A DNA stretch of 63,884 bases, counting the filler, from Vannella sp. (Eukaryota): the NCBI GenBank assembly GCA_023345925.1. It is 7 parts of 7 records of this genome, joined end to end, with 100 filler letters (N's around TTAATTAATTAA, not from the genome) between each part and the next. Parts side by side here need not be neighbours in the genome. Positions count along the whole stretch, not along the records: positions 7,276 to 16,668 come from JAJQQN010001382.1; positions 16,769 to 28,279 come from JAJQQN010000513.1; 5 more parts are not named here. One strand, given 5' to 3'. Shown here piece after piece: positions 13,826 through 23,968 of this stretch. The translations under genes and the position numbers were made by a program. The notes below the pieces were generated by a model. It was not told the DNA's origin. It searched no databases and was given only the letters and a program-made list of their open reading frames with translations. Position 1 is the first letter of the stretch. Every line of letters begins with the position of its first letter.

Positions 13826-14520
13826 GGTCCCCTGATGTCCTTGATCTCTTTGGATAATGTAAGCCATTACCATCAGAGTGCACATTCTGGCAATAATTGG
13901 CTGAAAGAAACTTGTACAACAACCAATTCAGCGGAACTCTTCCTTAATGGACAAGTTTGACCTCTTTACAACAGATGAAAGCTGCAAAAGAGCGTGAGAG
14001 GCGCATTTAACATCGTTCCTCAGGGCTTTGTTGAACAACCAGATCAGTGGAACCACCCCAGAGTGGAGCAGCTTGACATCTTGGGCGTCGATGTGAGGAA
14101 GCAGATTTCGATTGGCAATCTTAACACTTATCTCAGTCTCTCGGATGAGAACAAACTTGTTCAACTTTATCCCGCATGGGGGAAATGTAGGACAATGTCT
14201 AGTCCAGAATTCCGTGCCTTGAAAGCATTAAGCGACCTGTGAGGGAACTCCTTAATTGTTGATTCTAACTTTCTCAAGCAACTTGGATCTCAACAAAATC
14301 GAAGGAACGCTTCCTCACATTTAAAATCTTTGTACCACCTGTGAGTTTTCTGTTGTCAAAGTCAACCACACAGTAACCCCTGAACAGCTCTGCATCTTCC
14401 AATAAGCTCTGCGGCATTTTGCCTGATGTTTCACCCGCAGACAGTATTCGAGTGACTGGAGATGTTTTCCTATGTCCTTCCACAGTGGGCCCTCAAAAGC
14501 AGAGCAACTTGCAACAGTGT
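13826..14520 (+). pseudogene. Decayed LRR gene with one 23-aa repeat per 69-nt exon
   Basis: Exons 13908-13976 (NLYNNQFSGTLP*WTSLTSLQQ) and 14024-14092 (ALLNNQISGTTPEWSSLTSWAS), plus NLDLNKIEGTLPHI* and SNKLCGILP; in-frame TAA stops and a broken donor (GAAAGC). Confidence 0.8.
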
Positions 14521-14953
14521 CAAGGGTGCCCAGTCTAGTAATATCTGCTGGACATTCTTACGTAACTTACCAAACTAAATGACTTGACTATGCCCTGACG
14601 ATTCATTCTCCTGATCCTTTCTCAATCATGCTACCATTCTCCTTTCTCCTTTCGAGACGATACGGCCAAGCAAAGACCACTGACCCGAGATGCTGGACCT
14701 TCTCTCGGTTTGGGGCCGATCATACGGGCAAAGCCTGGCGATGTATCCACGACAATCTGCTGGAGGGGTGCAAACACCAGTTTTGGGACCCTCCTTCCCC
14801 CCTCATGAATAGTCTCTGTGGATAGCAGCTCCACTTTGAAGAGTCCTTTAAAGAGGAGAAGGATATTGGTGAACATCAAAAGATGTTCGTCACACTGTTG
14901 GCGAATGAGGCTTATTTGGCCAAATCGAAGGAATCATCCTTCTTCAGAATCCT

Positions 14954-16613
14954 TTACTGAATTTCGCACTTTTGCTTCTTGTTTGGAGAGGAAGCTTCCT
15001 CAGTTTGAGGTAGATCATCATTCTGGCTGATCTTGTGATACATTTCGGTGACGAGCATGGTCAGGACTTCCATTACATTTGCTGAGGTCTTGGCGGAGGT
15101 CTCGAAGAAAGAGATGTTGTGCTCATCAGCGTATTGCTTGGCGGCGTCGAAATCTATGACTCTCAGAGTGGATAAGTCACACTTGTTCCCAACCAGCACA
15201 GTAATGGCGTTATTGTCATCACGTTCGTGAATCTCATTCAGTCGCTGATGAACTGCTTGGAAAGATTCGAGATCTGTAACATCGTACACAATGATGAACC
15301 CGTGGATCCCACGGTTGGAGATTTGACGACCCGGTAAAAAGCGCTCCGTAATCTCTTCCCACATTATTACCTTCATAGCCTTGCCATCAATCACGATAGT
15401 CTTCAAGGGCGGGTCTGGTATGGGGTACAAGGCTCTCTCAGTGAATTTTTCATCGAGCATATTGCGAATCAAAGAGGACTTGCCAGACCCGATACCCCCC
15501 ATGATCCGGAGCCGGAAAAAGGGAGGCTTAGGCCTACTCCCTGCGTTTTCTAGCATTTTCTTGACTTCGTTGTTAGGGCTCTCAACCTGTTGCATAATTC
15601 TTGATGAGTAATGCTTCTTGAGGAAATTTTGATCCAATTACGTTCTTCCCGACAGGTCAGTCTTGATTCCCTCTCATCTTAATTATCGCTCACTCCCTAC
15701 ATCATTCATGGATCAAGGCGCCTTCGTTTCAAGAGGCCAAATGGGTTACTTACGTACTGTAGCCGACAATCACATCAGTCAGATTTGGTCTTTTTTCGCT
15801 TGAATAAGAACTTACTGCCAATTGAATGTTGATCTTCGACAAGAGAGCAAGTATTTGACGAATTCAGTCTTTCCATGAGCAGCCGCCTGCCCAAGATAGG
15901 TCTGGGGAGGTTGAGCATCTTTAGCATTTCCTGCTGCTGAAGCAAACGACTCACTTCCTGCGGTAGTGAATGATTAGGAGCCATACTTCCTTTCTTAACT
16001 GATAGTTGGTTACTTACAAACGTCTAAACAGGGAAGACACTTAGGAGGATGCCTTCACTGTCCTAAGTCTTGACTTACCTCCTGCGGGCCCATGATTACT
16101 CGTTCTTCAAAGAGCGGAAGCCGCATACATGCTAAGCAAACCTTCAACCGGTGCCTATCTCATTCGAGGTTGGCCACTCACCCCCTCCAAAAATCTGGTG
16201 AGGGACAAAACCAGTTCTCCTGAATGAACGTACCCCTTTCTAACTCAGAGTGGGGATCAACATCATGTCCTGATAGTAGTCGATGATCCCTACTTCCTGT
16301 TGTTGCTTGAGCCAAAGAAGGGTTTCCTCCCACCTACATACTTAACCCCTCGGTGAGGCCCCCCGTCAGATATCCTCTCTAAGACACACTTGACTTACAA
16401 CATGCTTGGTACAGTCGCTGAGGTCAGTCCTCCATAACCACTCTCTTTTGCCTCGCTCACTTGCTGTTCAAAGTGAGCGCTTTCGATCAGCACCGATTGG
16501 ATATGATATTGCAGAGAGGAACTCACTTTGTTCAGCATCTCGGGATCCTCGTTCAAGATAGCCTTCAACCTGGGAATCTCCCAGCGAGTCCCTCCATCCC
16601 AAACCTCGGCCAT
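14954..16613 (-). CDS. Ankyrin-repeat / Rab1-like GTPase fusion with 13 micro-exons (1-nt frameshift in this copy)
   Basis: Exon 16613-16527, ten 3/6-nt exons, ankyrin exon 15901-15816 (TYLGQAAAHGKTEFVKYLLS), three 3-nt exons, last exon 15586-14954 with GGIGSGKSS, VGNKCDL, ETSAK and terminal CEIQ; 15 GT-AG introns of 41-63 nt. Confidence 0.8.
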
Positions 16614-16668
16614 GGGACCTCTGCACACCAAAGAATACTTTTCCAACTCTTGTCCTCAAAACCATTCC

Positions 16669-16768
16669 NNNNNNNNNNNNNNNNNNNNNNNNNNNNNNNN
16701 NNNNNNNNNNNNTTAATTAATTAANNNNNNNNNNNNNNNNNNNNNNNNNNNNNNNNNNNNNNNNNNNN
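16669..16768. other. Artificial contig spacer
   Basis: N44-TTAATTAATTAA-N44. Confidence 0.99.
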
Positions 16769-17040
16769 TCAACTGGGACCGATGCGAAAGATGATTTTAT
16801 ATGTTCTTAAGAGGGCAGCTTTTCCATCGTTTGGAGGGATGATCAAATGAGCCCAAAAAGTGCCTCGATTAAAACACATAAAAATTTCATTGGTGCAGGT
16901 CCCGATCGAATTTAGAGATACTTTTCAACCATGGCGTGACGCTCGGATCAAGACTGAAGCCGATCGGAGCTGATTCTCCTTTCCTTCGCTTGATAGAAAT
17001 CAATGAAATGCCATTTACTATTTTCAGTTAATTTGTGGAG

Positions 17041-20000
17041 ATGGTGAGGATGGCGGCCTTGGGCGCTTGATCGGGACTGATGATCGTTAGGGAGTCCCCT
17101 CCTTTTACAGATGGCTTGCAGAGAAGTATCCAAAGATCGTGAGCGATGTTGTGGAGGAGTGTGTGGTACGTAGGCCTCGCGATCTTTCGTTTCTAACCGT
17201 TCGCCCATTGCAGGTGGTGAACGGGGTTGCTGTTCCAACGGATATATCCCAGCCGAATCCCAACGGTAGAGAGTTTGATAACCTCTATCTTGATATGAAC
17301 GGTATCATCCATCCCTGCTCCCACCCAGAAGACAAGCCCGCCCCCAAAAAGTGCGCCTTCCCCTCGCTCCCCTCCTTTCCACACTCACCCGCAGGATCAG
17401 TGTGGACGAGATGCTCATTGCCATCTGCGAGTACATCGACCGTATCGTAGGAATGGTGCGGCCACGCAAGATCCTTTACATGGCGATTGATGGCGTCGCC
17501 CCTCGCGCTAAGATGAATCAACAGCGCTCTCGTCGCTTCCGTGCTGCTAAGGAAGCAAAGGAGAAGGAAGACAGTGCTAAGGGTGTCATGCTTGATCTGA
17601 TTGCAGAGGGCCATGACGTGAGCAAGTGGGACAACAACAAGCTTGACGAAGAGCGCTTTGACAGCAACGTTATCACTCCTGGGACTGACTTTATGGATCG
17701 AGTAGCTCGGGGACTTCAATACTACATCAGTGAACGAATGGCTGGGTCTCCTGGTTGGGCTGGGGTGAGTTCTCGCCTTCTGTCTCTTCTGGTGCCTCAG
17801 TTCTCACCTCTTTGATACAGCTGAAGGTGATCCTATCCGATGCAAACTCTCCTGGAGAAGGGGAGCATAAGATTATGGACTTTATCCGCCGCCAGAGGCT
17901 TCAGAAGGACTACAATCCCCAAACGTCTCACGTTTTGTACGGCTTGGATGCTGATCTCATCATGTTGGCCATCGCAACACATGAGCCTCACTTCTTCATT
18001 CTTCGTGAGGTTGTCTTCACCCCTAATAGGCCTCCTTTATGCAAGATCTGCGGACAAACGGGTCATTGGGCCTCCAACTGCCGTGGAACTCCTGCAGAGA
18101 AGAAGGAAGAAGAGAGCAAAGGTATCAAACCTTACCAGATGGTCAGTATCTCTGTCTTGAGAGAGTATCTGGGCCAGGCACTCCTCTCAGATACTCCATT
18201 CCCTTTCGATCTTGAAAGAGTGCTTGACGATTGGGTCTTTCTCTGCTTCTTTGTGGGCAACGACTTCCTTCCCCATCTCCCCACTCTTAAGATAAGAGAA
18301 GGAGCCATCGACTTGCTCATGGACTTGTACCAGAAGAGCTTGCCAACGCTTGGCGGGTATCTTACAGATAATGGCGAAGTGAACCTGCCTGCTGTTGAAG
18401 TTATTATGCAACAGGTTGGCGATCTGGAAGACTCTATTCTCCGCTCCCGTCGTCAAAGAGACGAGCGAATGAAACAGAATCTGCAAAGAACACGGAAGCG
18501 GCGACGAGAAGACTTTGAAAGAAGTGCCTATTCCACTCCAGTGATGGAGGATCTCGATCCAGCAGCTTCCATGAGCAATCGGGCTTCTGCAAAGAAGATG
18601 AAAGCTTCGTTGCACTCCGATGCGTCTTCCAGTAAGGCTTCCCCTCCCTCGAAGATTCCTTCTTCCATGGCACCGCCACCAAGAGCTCCTGTCCACGCCA
18701 ACCCGTTTATGGCCGAGCGTGTGAGAAAAGACAAAGAGGAAGAAGAGGAAGAGGCTAAAATCCAGGACTCTATCCGGTTGGGCGAGGATGGCTGGAAGGA
18801 GCGCTATTATCTTCAAAAGTTCAAAGTCCCCACGAATGACGTCGAGTTTCGCATGCAGCTGCGTAAGGACTACGTGGAAGGTCTCTGTTGGGTGATGAAG
18901 TATTACTACCAAGGCTGTGCGTCTTGGACATGGTTCTTCCCTCATCACTACGCTCCATTCTCCTCTGACTTAGTGGACTTGCAGAAACTGCGCTTCGCCT
19001 TTGAACGAGGCCAGCCTTTCCGTCCTTTCGAGCAGCTTATGGCTGTTCTTCCTGCTCTGTCATGCGAGGCTCTGCCACCAAAGTGCCAGCAGATGATGCA
19101 AGACCCAGAGAGTCCAATTGTTGACTTTTATCCAGACGACTTTGAGATTGACATGGATGGCTGCCGCTTTGCGTGGCAAGGAGTAGCGCTTTTGCCCTTT
19201 ATCGAAGAGAAACGATTACTAGAGGCTATGAAGGACCTCGACCAATACTTCACAGAAGAAGAGAAGCTCCGAAATAGCGTTGGAGACGAGCTACTATTCG
19301 TTCGGGAGGGACATTCGATCGTTAAGCATGTGATGCAGGAGCGTTCGAACTTCTTTATTACGGAAGAAGGCGACGAACAGACCCCAGAAGAGCGCCAGAT
19401 GGAATTAGCAGCGCCTTGGTGTGACAATCTCTTTGGTAAAGTCGGTCCCAGTGGCCGTGGAGCCGGAGTGAGTCGCTTTTTAGTTTCTACCATTCGAGGG
19501 AAAAATCATTTGGATAACCTTGTCGCGTTCTGCTTCGTATTCCTCCATCCTCAGGTTTCTGACAACTACAAATGGAAGAGTGGGCTGCTTCCTAACGTAA
19601 GAATGCCTCCAAAGGTACTTGATAGCGCAGATTCTAGCCGCGATCGATCTTATCGCTACGGAACTAACACAAGGAATACCTTGGAGCGCTCTTTACCTCG
19701 GCATCAAGAGCAAAGGCACTTCAACCAACAACTTGAGCGCCCTGGCATGACTCAGCATTACGGAGATCGGCAGGGGAGCCGCGGGCGAGGACGACAGAGC
19801 TACCCACCTCAGCAACACACTTCTAGCCTCTCTCGCTCGGAAGGGTATCGCGGGGAGCCACAACATCATCAAAGGGCACCTGTGAATACTTCATACCAGA
19901 CGGCTCCCTTTGCTGCTTATCGTCCTCCTGTGGCACCTCAAGGTGGCTATGCCCCTCCTCCCAATTATGCACCTTCAAGATACTTGCCCCCTCCGAGAGG

Positions 20001-20190
20001 CAATGCGCCTCCAAACTATGCCCCACCAGCGTATCAGCCACCTGCTTACCAGTCCTTCCACCACAGCCAACCACCTCAGCATGCCCAGCACGCCCAACAC
20101 TCGCAGCAAAATCATTACCAACACCCCCAGCAACCCAGGGGAGGGTCATCAGGTGATGCCAGAGGTGTTTACAATTGGAAGCGGCGCTAA
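17041..20190 (+). CDS. XRN2: 5'-3' exoribonuclease 2 (Rat1/Xrn2)
   Basis: ATG|intron|[63 protein letters not shown], zinc knuckle [14 protein letters not shown]. Confidence 0.96.
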
Positions 20191-20255
20191 ACCTCATCCA
20201 AAAGGACGCTCCCTCCCTTCCTGTAACTCTTGTACAGTTTGTGTTTCGTATTTCC

Positions 20256-20307
20256 CCTTTCCGCAAGTGCGATAAAGAGATTGTTCTTCATACACTCGTA
20301 TTATCAT
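20256..20307 (+). repeat. Imperfect direct repeat, copy A (upstream of RCC1 gene)
   Basis: cctttccgcaagtgcgataaagagattgttcttcatacactcgtattatcat aligns with 21549-21605. Confidence 0.9.
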
Positions 20308-20321
20308 GTGTTCAAAGAGAA

Positions 20322-21428
20322 ATGAAGGGGCCCCTAAACCCTAAACCCTCCGCATTTTCATTCATTCTGATGCCTGCTGGCTTTCACACGCTCCTCCTCT
20401 CCCTTGAAGGAGACCTTTTCGCTTTTGGGTGCAACACCGAAGGCCAACTCGGTCTCGGTCACAAGAACAACCAATTAGAACCCGCAAAGGTTCCTTGGAA
20501 TGGTCCACAGCCGGTTCAGGTGGACTGGGGACTTCAACATTCGCTTGTTCTTGATGCAGAGGGTGGTGTGTGGGAAGCTGGCCCCTCTCCGTCCCCTCTT
20601 TCTTCTCTTATCTTCCACCAAGTACCAGAGCTTCGTTCTATCACTTTGGTAGCTGCTGGCAGTGCTCACAGTGCTGCCCTCGACACAGAAGGCGGCCTTT
20701 GGGTGTGGACGAGCAAGACCGATCTCTCTTGGGCCAGCTCTCTTCCCCAACGGCTAGATGGCCTCCCTCCACTCATCAAGGTGGCTTGTGGCTTCAACTT
20801 TCTCGTAGCAGAGGCCGAAGAAGGCCTCTGGGTGTTGGGAGACAACTCCAAAGGGCAACTGGGCCTCGGCCACACCAAGAGCGTTCTCCAACCGACCCTT
20901 TTCCAGCTGGTGGAGCGGTCCGAAGGACCTCTCCGATGCCTGGCTGCTCTCAGCAAAGGAGTGATCCTCATTGATGGGCAAGGGAGCGTCTTCTCTGCTG
21001 GAGAAAACTCCCTTTGCCAACTGGGGCGCCCCTCTGGGCAGGTTTCTAAGCTCCAACGGATCATCAACATCCCTCCCATGCTTATGGTTTCCTGTGGATT
21101 CGCTCACACACTCTCTCTGGATGAGAACGGCAGAGTCTGGACCTGGGGATTCAATAACTATGGGCAATTGGGAAGGGGCTGCACTGGCCTTCAGTACCAA
21201 CCCGCTGCAGTCACTTCTTTAAAAGGAATAGGCGCCCTGGTTGCGGGAGCGAGCCATTCTTTGGCGTTCCCACAGGAAGGCGGCCTCCTGGTTTTTGGAC
21301 ACAACCGCTGTGGAGAGCTCGGAATCAGCCACGGGGAGACTGTTCTCACTCCCAGGCGTTCTTCCTTCGAGCCCCTTCTCCCTCATCATCTCATCCGCAG
21401 CAGAGAGAAGAGTGCCCGCTTCCTTTGA
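20322..21428 (+). CDS. RCC1-repeat beta-propeller protein, intronless
   Basis: Repeated GxxHT/S...G.N..GQLG motifs (FGCNTEGQLGLG, WGFNNYGQLGRG). Confidence 0.9.
   Translation: MKGPLNPKPSAFSFILMPAGFHTLLLSLEGDLFAFGCNTEGQLGLGHKNNQLEPAKVPWNGPQPVQVDWGLQHSLVLDAEGGVWEAGPSPSPLSSLIFHQVPELRSITLVAAGSAHSAALDTEGGLWVWTSKTDLSWASSLPQRLDGLPPLIKVACGFNFLVAEAEEGLWVLGDNSKGQLGLGHTKSVLQPTLFQLVERSEGPLRCLAALSKGVILIDGQGSVFSAGENSLCQLGRPSGQVSKLQRIINIPPMLMVSCGFAHTLSLDENGRVWTWGFNNYGQLGRGCTGLQYQPAAVTSLKGIGALVAGASHSLAFPQEGGLLVFGHNRCGELGISHGETVLTPRRSSFEPLLPHHLIRSREKSARFL
20332..20349 (+). repeat. Short interstitial telomere-type repeat CCCTAAACCCTAAACCCT
   Basis: About 2.5 copies of CCCTAAA. Confidence 0.6.
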
Positions 21429-21548
21429 CTCACTTGCTCGCACCTTCCCCGACGCTGTCAAGAAGGAGATGGCAATGCGCAATTCTGCCGTACAGCCAAC
21501 GCGAGTCTAGGGTCAGTAAAACGCTGCTGGAGCGTTCGCCTTTGCCAT

Positions 21549-21605
21549 CCTTTCCCGCAAGTGCGATAAAGAGCATTGTTCTTCATATCTCTCGTGTATT
21601 GTCAT
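21549..21605 (+). repeat. Imperfect direct repeat, copy B (downstream of RCC1 gene)
   Basis: cctttcccgcaagtgcgataaagagcattgttcttcatatctctcgtgtattgtcat. Confidence 0.9.
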
Positions 21606-23271
21606 CAAGTAGGCCAAGCAGACTCTGCTCTCTTCTTCATTCGAGTTTGAAGTTCCTTCTGAAGAAGGAAATCGGCCTCAACGAGGCTTTCCAGGGGATT
21701 GGATTGGTTCAATGCCGCTTCAATAGATGCTAAGAACCCCTTCAAAGCGGGACTTCCCCGTCGATTGATCTCATCTAACGATTCGTGGAGGACTTTCCAA
21801 TCTTCCTCTGTCACAGGAGCGACATTGAAGGTTCTCCTGAGTGTCGGTGAGTCCAACTGATAGCTCCCCTCCTCATTCTTGACCGCGTTCTGTTCGAAGA
21901 AGTCAAAGCGGCTGAGAAGAGCAGTAAACGCGAAGCGGTAAACATCCGCGTCCTGATGGATGACGGAATGGGCATCTGAGTCCCTGGCCAAGCGTCTGGT
22001 CGTCCCCAGAAGCTCCGCATTCTCAGCCACTTTGCTCCCAAATGTATAAGCAAAGGAAGCAGCACCGCTCAACGCATTCAGCATGAAGCCACTGCCGGGA
22101 GAGCGAGTGGAAGGCATGTCTCGGATACTCCAAAGTGCCATCTTCCCTGCCTCTAATAAGGCGGAAGAAGCTTGGTCAGAGAACTGTACGTTCGTACAGA
22201 ATCGAGCCAAGTCGATAGCCAAGCCCTCATTGCGCGCTTGAACTGCCAACAGCCAAAGGCTCAGCAATAAATCCCTTTTTTGGATGAGCCCCGTCGTCCA
22301 CTCTGGCCCTGTTCCCTCAAAGTAGCGTGGGTGTACGAAGCACGCTCGAATGATGTTCGGATGGTCCACACCGTCCATCGTAGCAGAGCACAAGTTGACA
22401 ACTCGGTCGTTGTAGGAAGCGATTGGCACCACAATCACGCCATTCTGTCCGCGTTAGCTTGTCTATGAGTCGTTAGAAGGTATCTAGTACCTTCAACACA
22501 TCGGAAACAGCCGGAAGGAAGTAGTTCTTGAAGATGGCAGAGGAAGGCTCTCTGAGAAGTCGCAGTTCCACGGACGCTTCCCTCCACATGAAAGGTAGAA
22601 GGTTAGCTGCTGTCTTTTCATGCGTTCCATGATAGACACCAGCCATACTGAGAAGACACACGCGCTGCACTCCGGGAATCTGAGGGGTCAAGGCTCCTGC
22701 TTGTATGAGAGAGGCTATCAGCACCAGAGACTTGGTGAAGAGTTAGTGATCCAACTAAGCTACTCCATTTGATATGCTCTCACCACAACAGCTCCTTGGG
22801 AATGTCCAATGACGAAGACAACGTCCGCCTTTCTGAGCTCCTCGATCGCTCCTGAAGCTTTGAGCTCTTCAATACAGCCTAACACTCTGTCCCCTAACGT
22901 TTGACGGTTCTCTAAGCCTCCTGGAAGCGGCCCGCAACCGGAAAGAGGCGTTGTCCGAAGCACAGTTCCCTGCATCCCCCGTTCGTCTAGCATTTGGCGA
23001 ACGGACTTCTTAGCTGCAATAGAGTGGGCTTGGCCCCTCAGAGTACCAAGGAGGAGCTCTTACCGTCCTCAGAGAAGCGAGTGGACACTTCCACAGCTTC
23101 GCTATCGCCAATACTCCACCCATGGACAGCGAGAACGTGCACAACGTTAAAGAACTCATTGGTCTCCCTACCCTCTGTCACTCCAGGTGCATACACCGTC
23201 TTAACACTCTCTTCCGCCCTCTCAGAAGCAAGCGAAAGATTATAAACCTTCTCGAAAAACTCCGCCGCCAT
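21605..23271 (-). CDS. Alpha/beta-hydrolase-like protein (resembles yeast YML020W family), spliced
   Basis: VLAVHGW, ADVVFVIGHSQG (GxSxG elbow), LLSMAGVYHG, NDRVVNL; several short introns link the ORF fragments. Confidence 0.65.
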
Positions 23272-23339
23272 CACCCTCAAGCCCGCAATTAAAAATGATC
23301 AATTTAAAGTGATTTGGCCATTTTTTGGAAACCATCCAA

Positions 23340-23902
23340 ATGCAGCGAGCTGGTCTGGTTGGCGCCTTCGGGCTGGTCCGTCGGAGCGCGATGGTGAACG
23401 CTAGGCGGTCAGCTGGTGGGTTTAATAGCAAGTTTGATTGCGAGAAGAAGTGGGACGAGCGGAGAGACGACAACCCCTTCTATGCTTACGATCCCGCCTT
23501 CACCAATAGCAGTTTGGTAGGACTTTCTGGCTCTTGTGGGATCGTAGTTGTAGTTGGTTGACGGTAGATAGGTGCCTTTGCACGATGAGCTGAACCCCAA
23601 GTTGTGGGGAGTGCAAGAGGACGCAGATGTGTCCCACAAGCACATCGTCCAAGCCTTCACCGCGGTCACTATCTTCCTTACTGTTGTATGGCAACTAGCT
23701 AAGCGAAACTCTATCCGTCTCTACCCAACCTGGCTGGTAAGGTCTCTTCCTTTCGCCCTTGATCCCGCCCTCACCCTTCCTCCTTCACCAGGATGAACCA
23801 GAGATCCCTGATGCGACTGTTAAGTACACCCACGGAAAGACCTACTACGATATGCGCGACTCTGGCTTTGGCTATGCCAACAACCTTCGCAAGTCCGTGT
23901 AA
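23340..23902 (+). CDS. Small single-TM protein with mitochondrial-type presequence (possibly a complex I accessory subunit, NDUFB8-like)
   Basis: Arg-rich N-terminus MQRAGLVGAFGLVRRS, two short introns, one hydrophobic helix; family assignment is weak. Confidence 0.45.
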
Positions 23903-23968
23903 GGAGGATCAGAACTCCCCTCCCTTGCTCGCGCCGTCCCCTTTGCAATACACCCACTACGAGGACGT

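Noticed and set aside
16182..16194. Alternative 13-nt exon (CAG acceptor) in place of the GGG micro-exon, which would offset the 86-nt exon
   Set aside because: It would shift the ankyrin motif TYLGQAAAHG out of frame, and that AG lies almost on the CTCAC branch site
16769..17040. Possible structured RNA upstream of XRN2 (GGGACC...GGTCCC)
   Set aside because: Only a 6-bp stem and no convincing snoRNA or tRNA motifs
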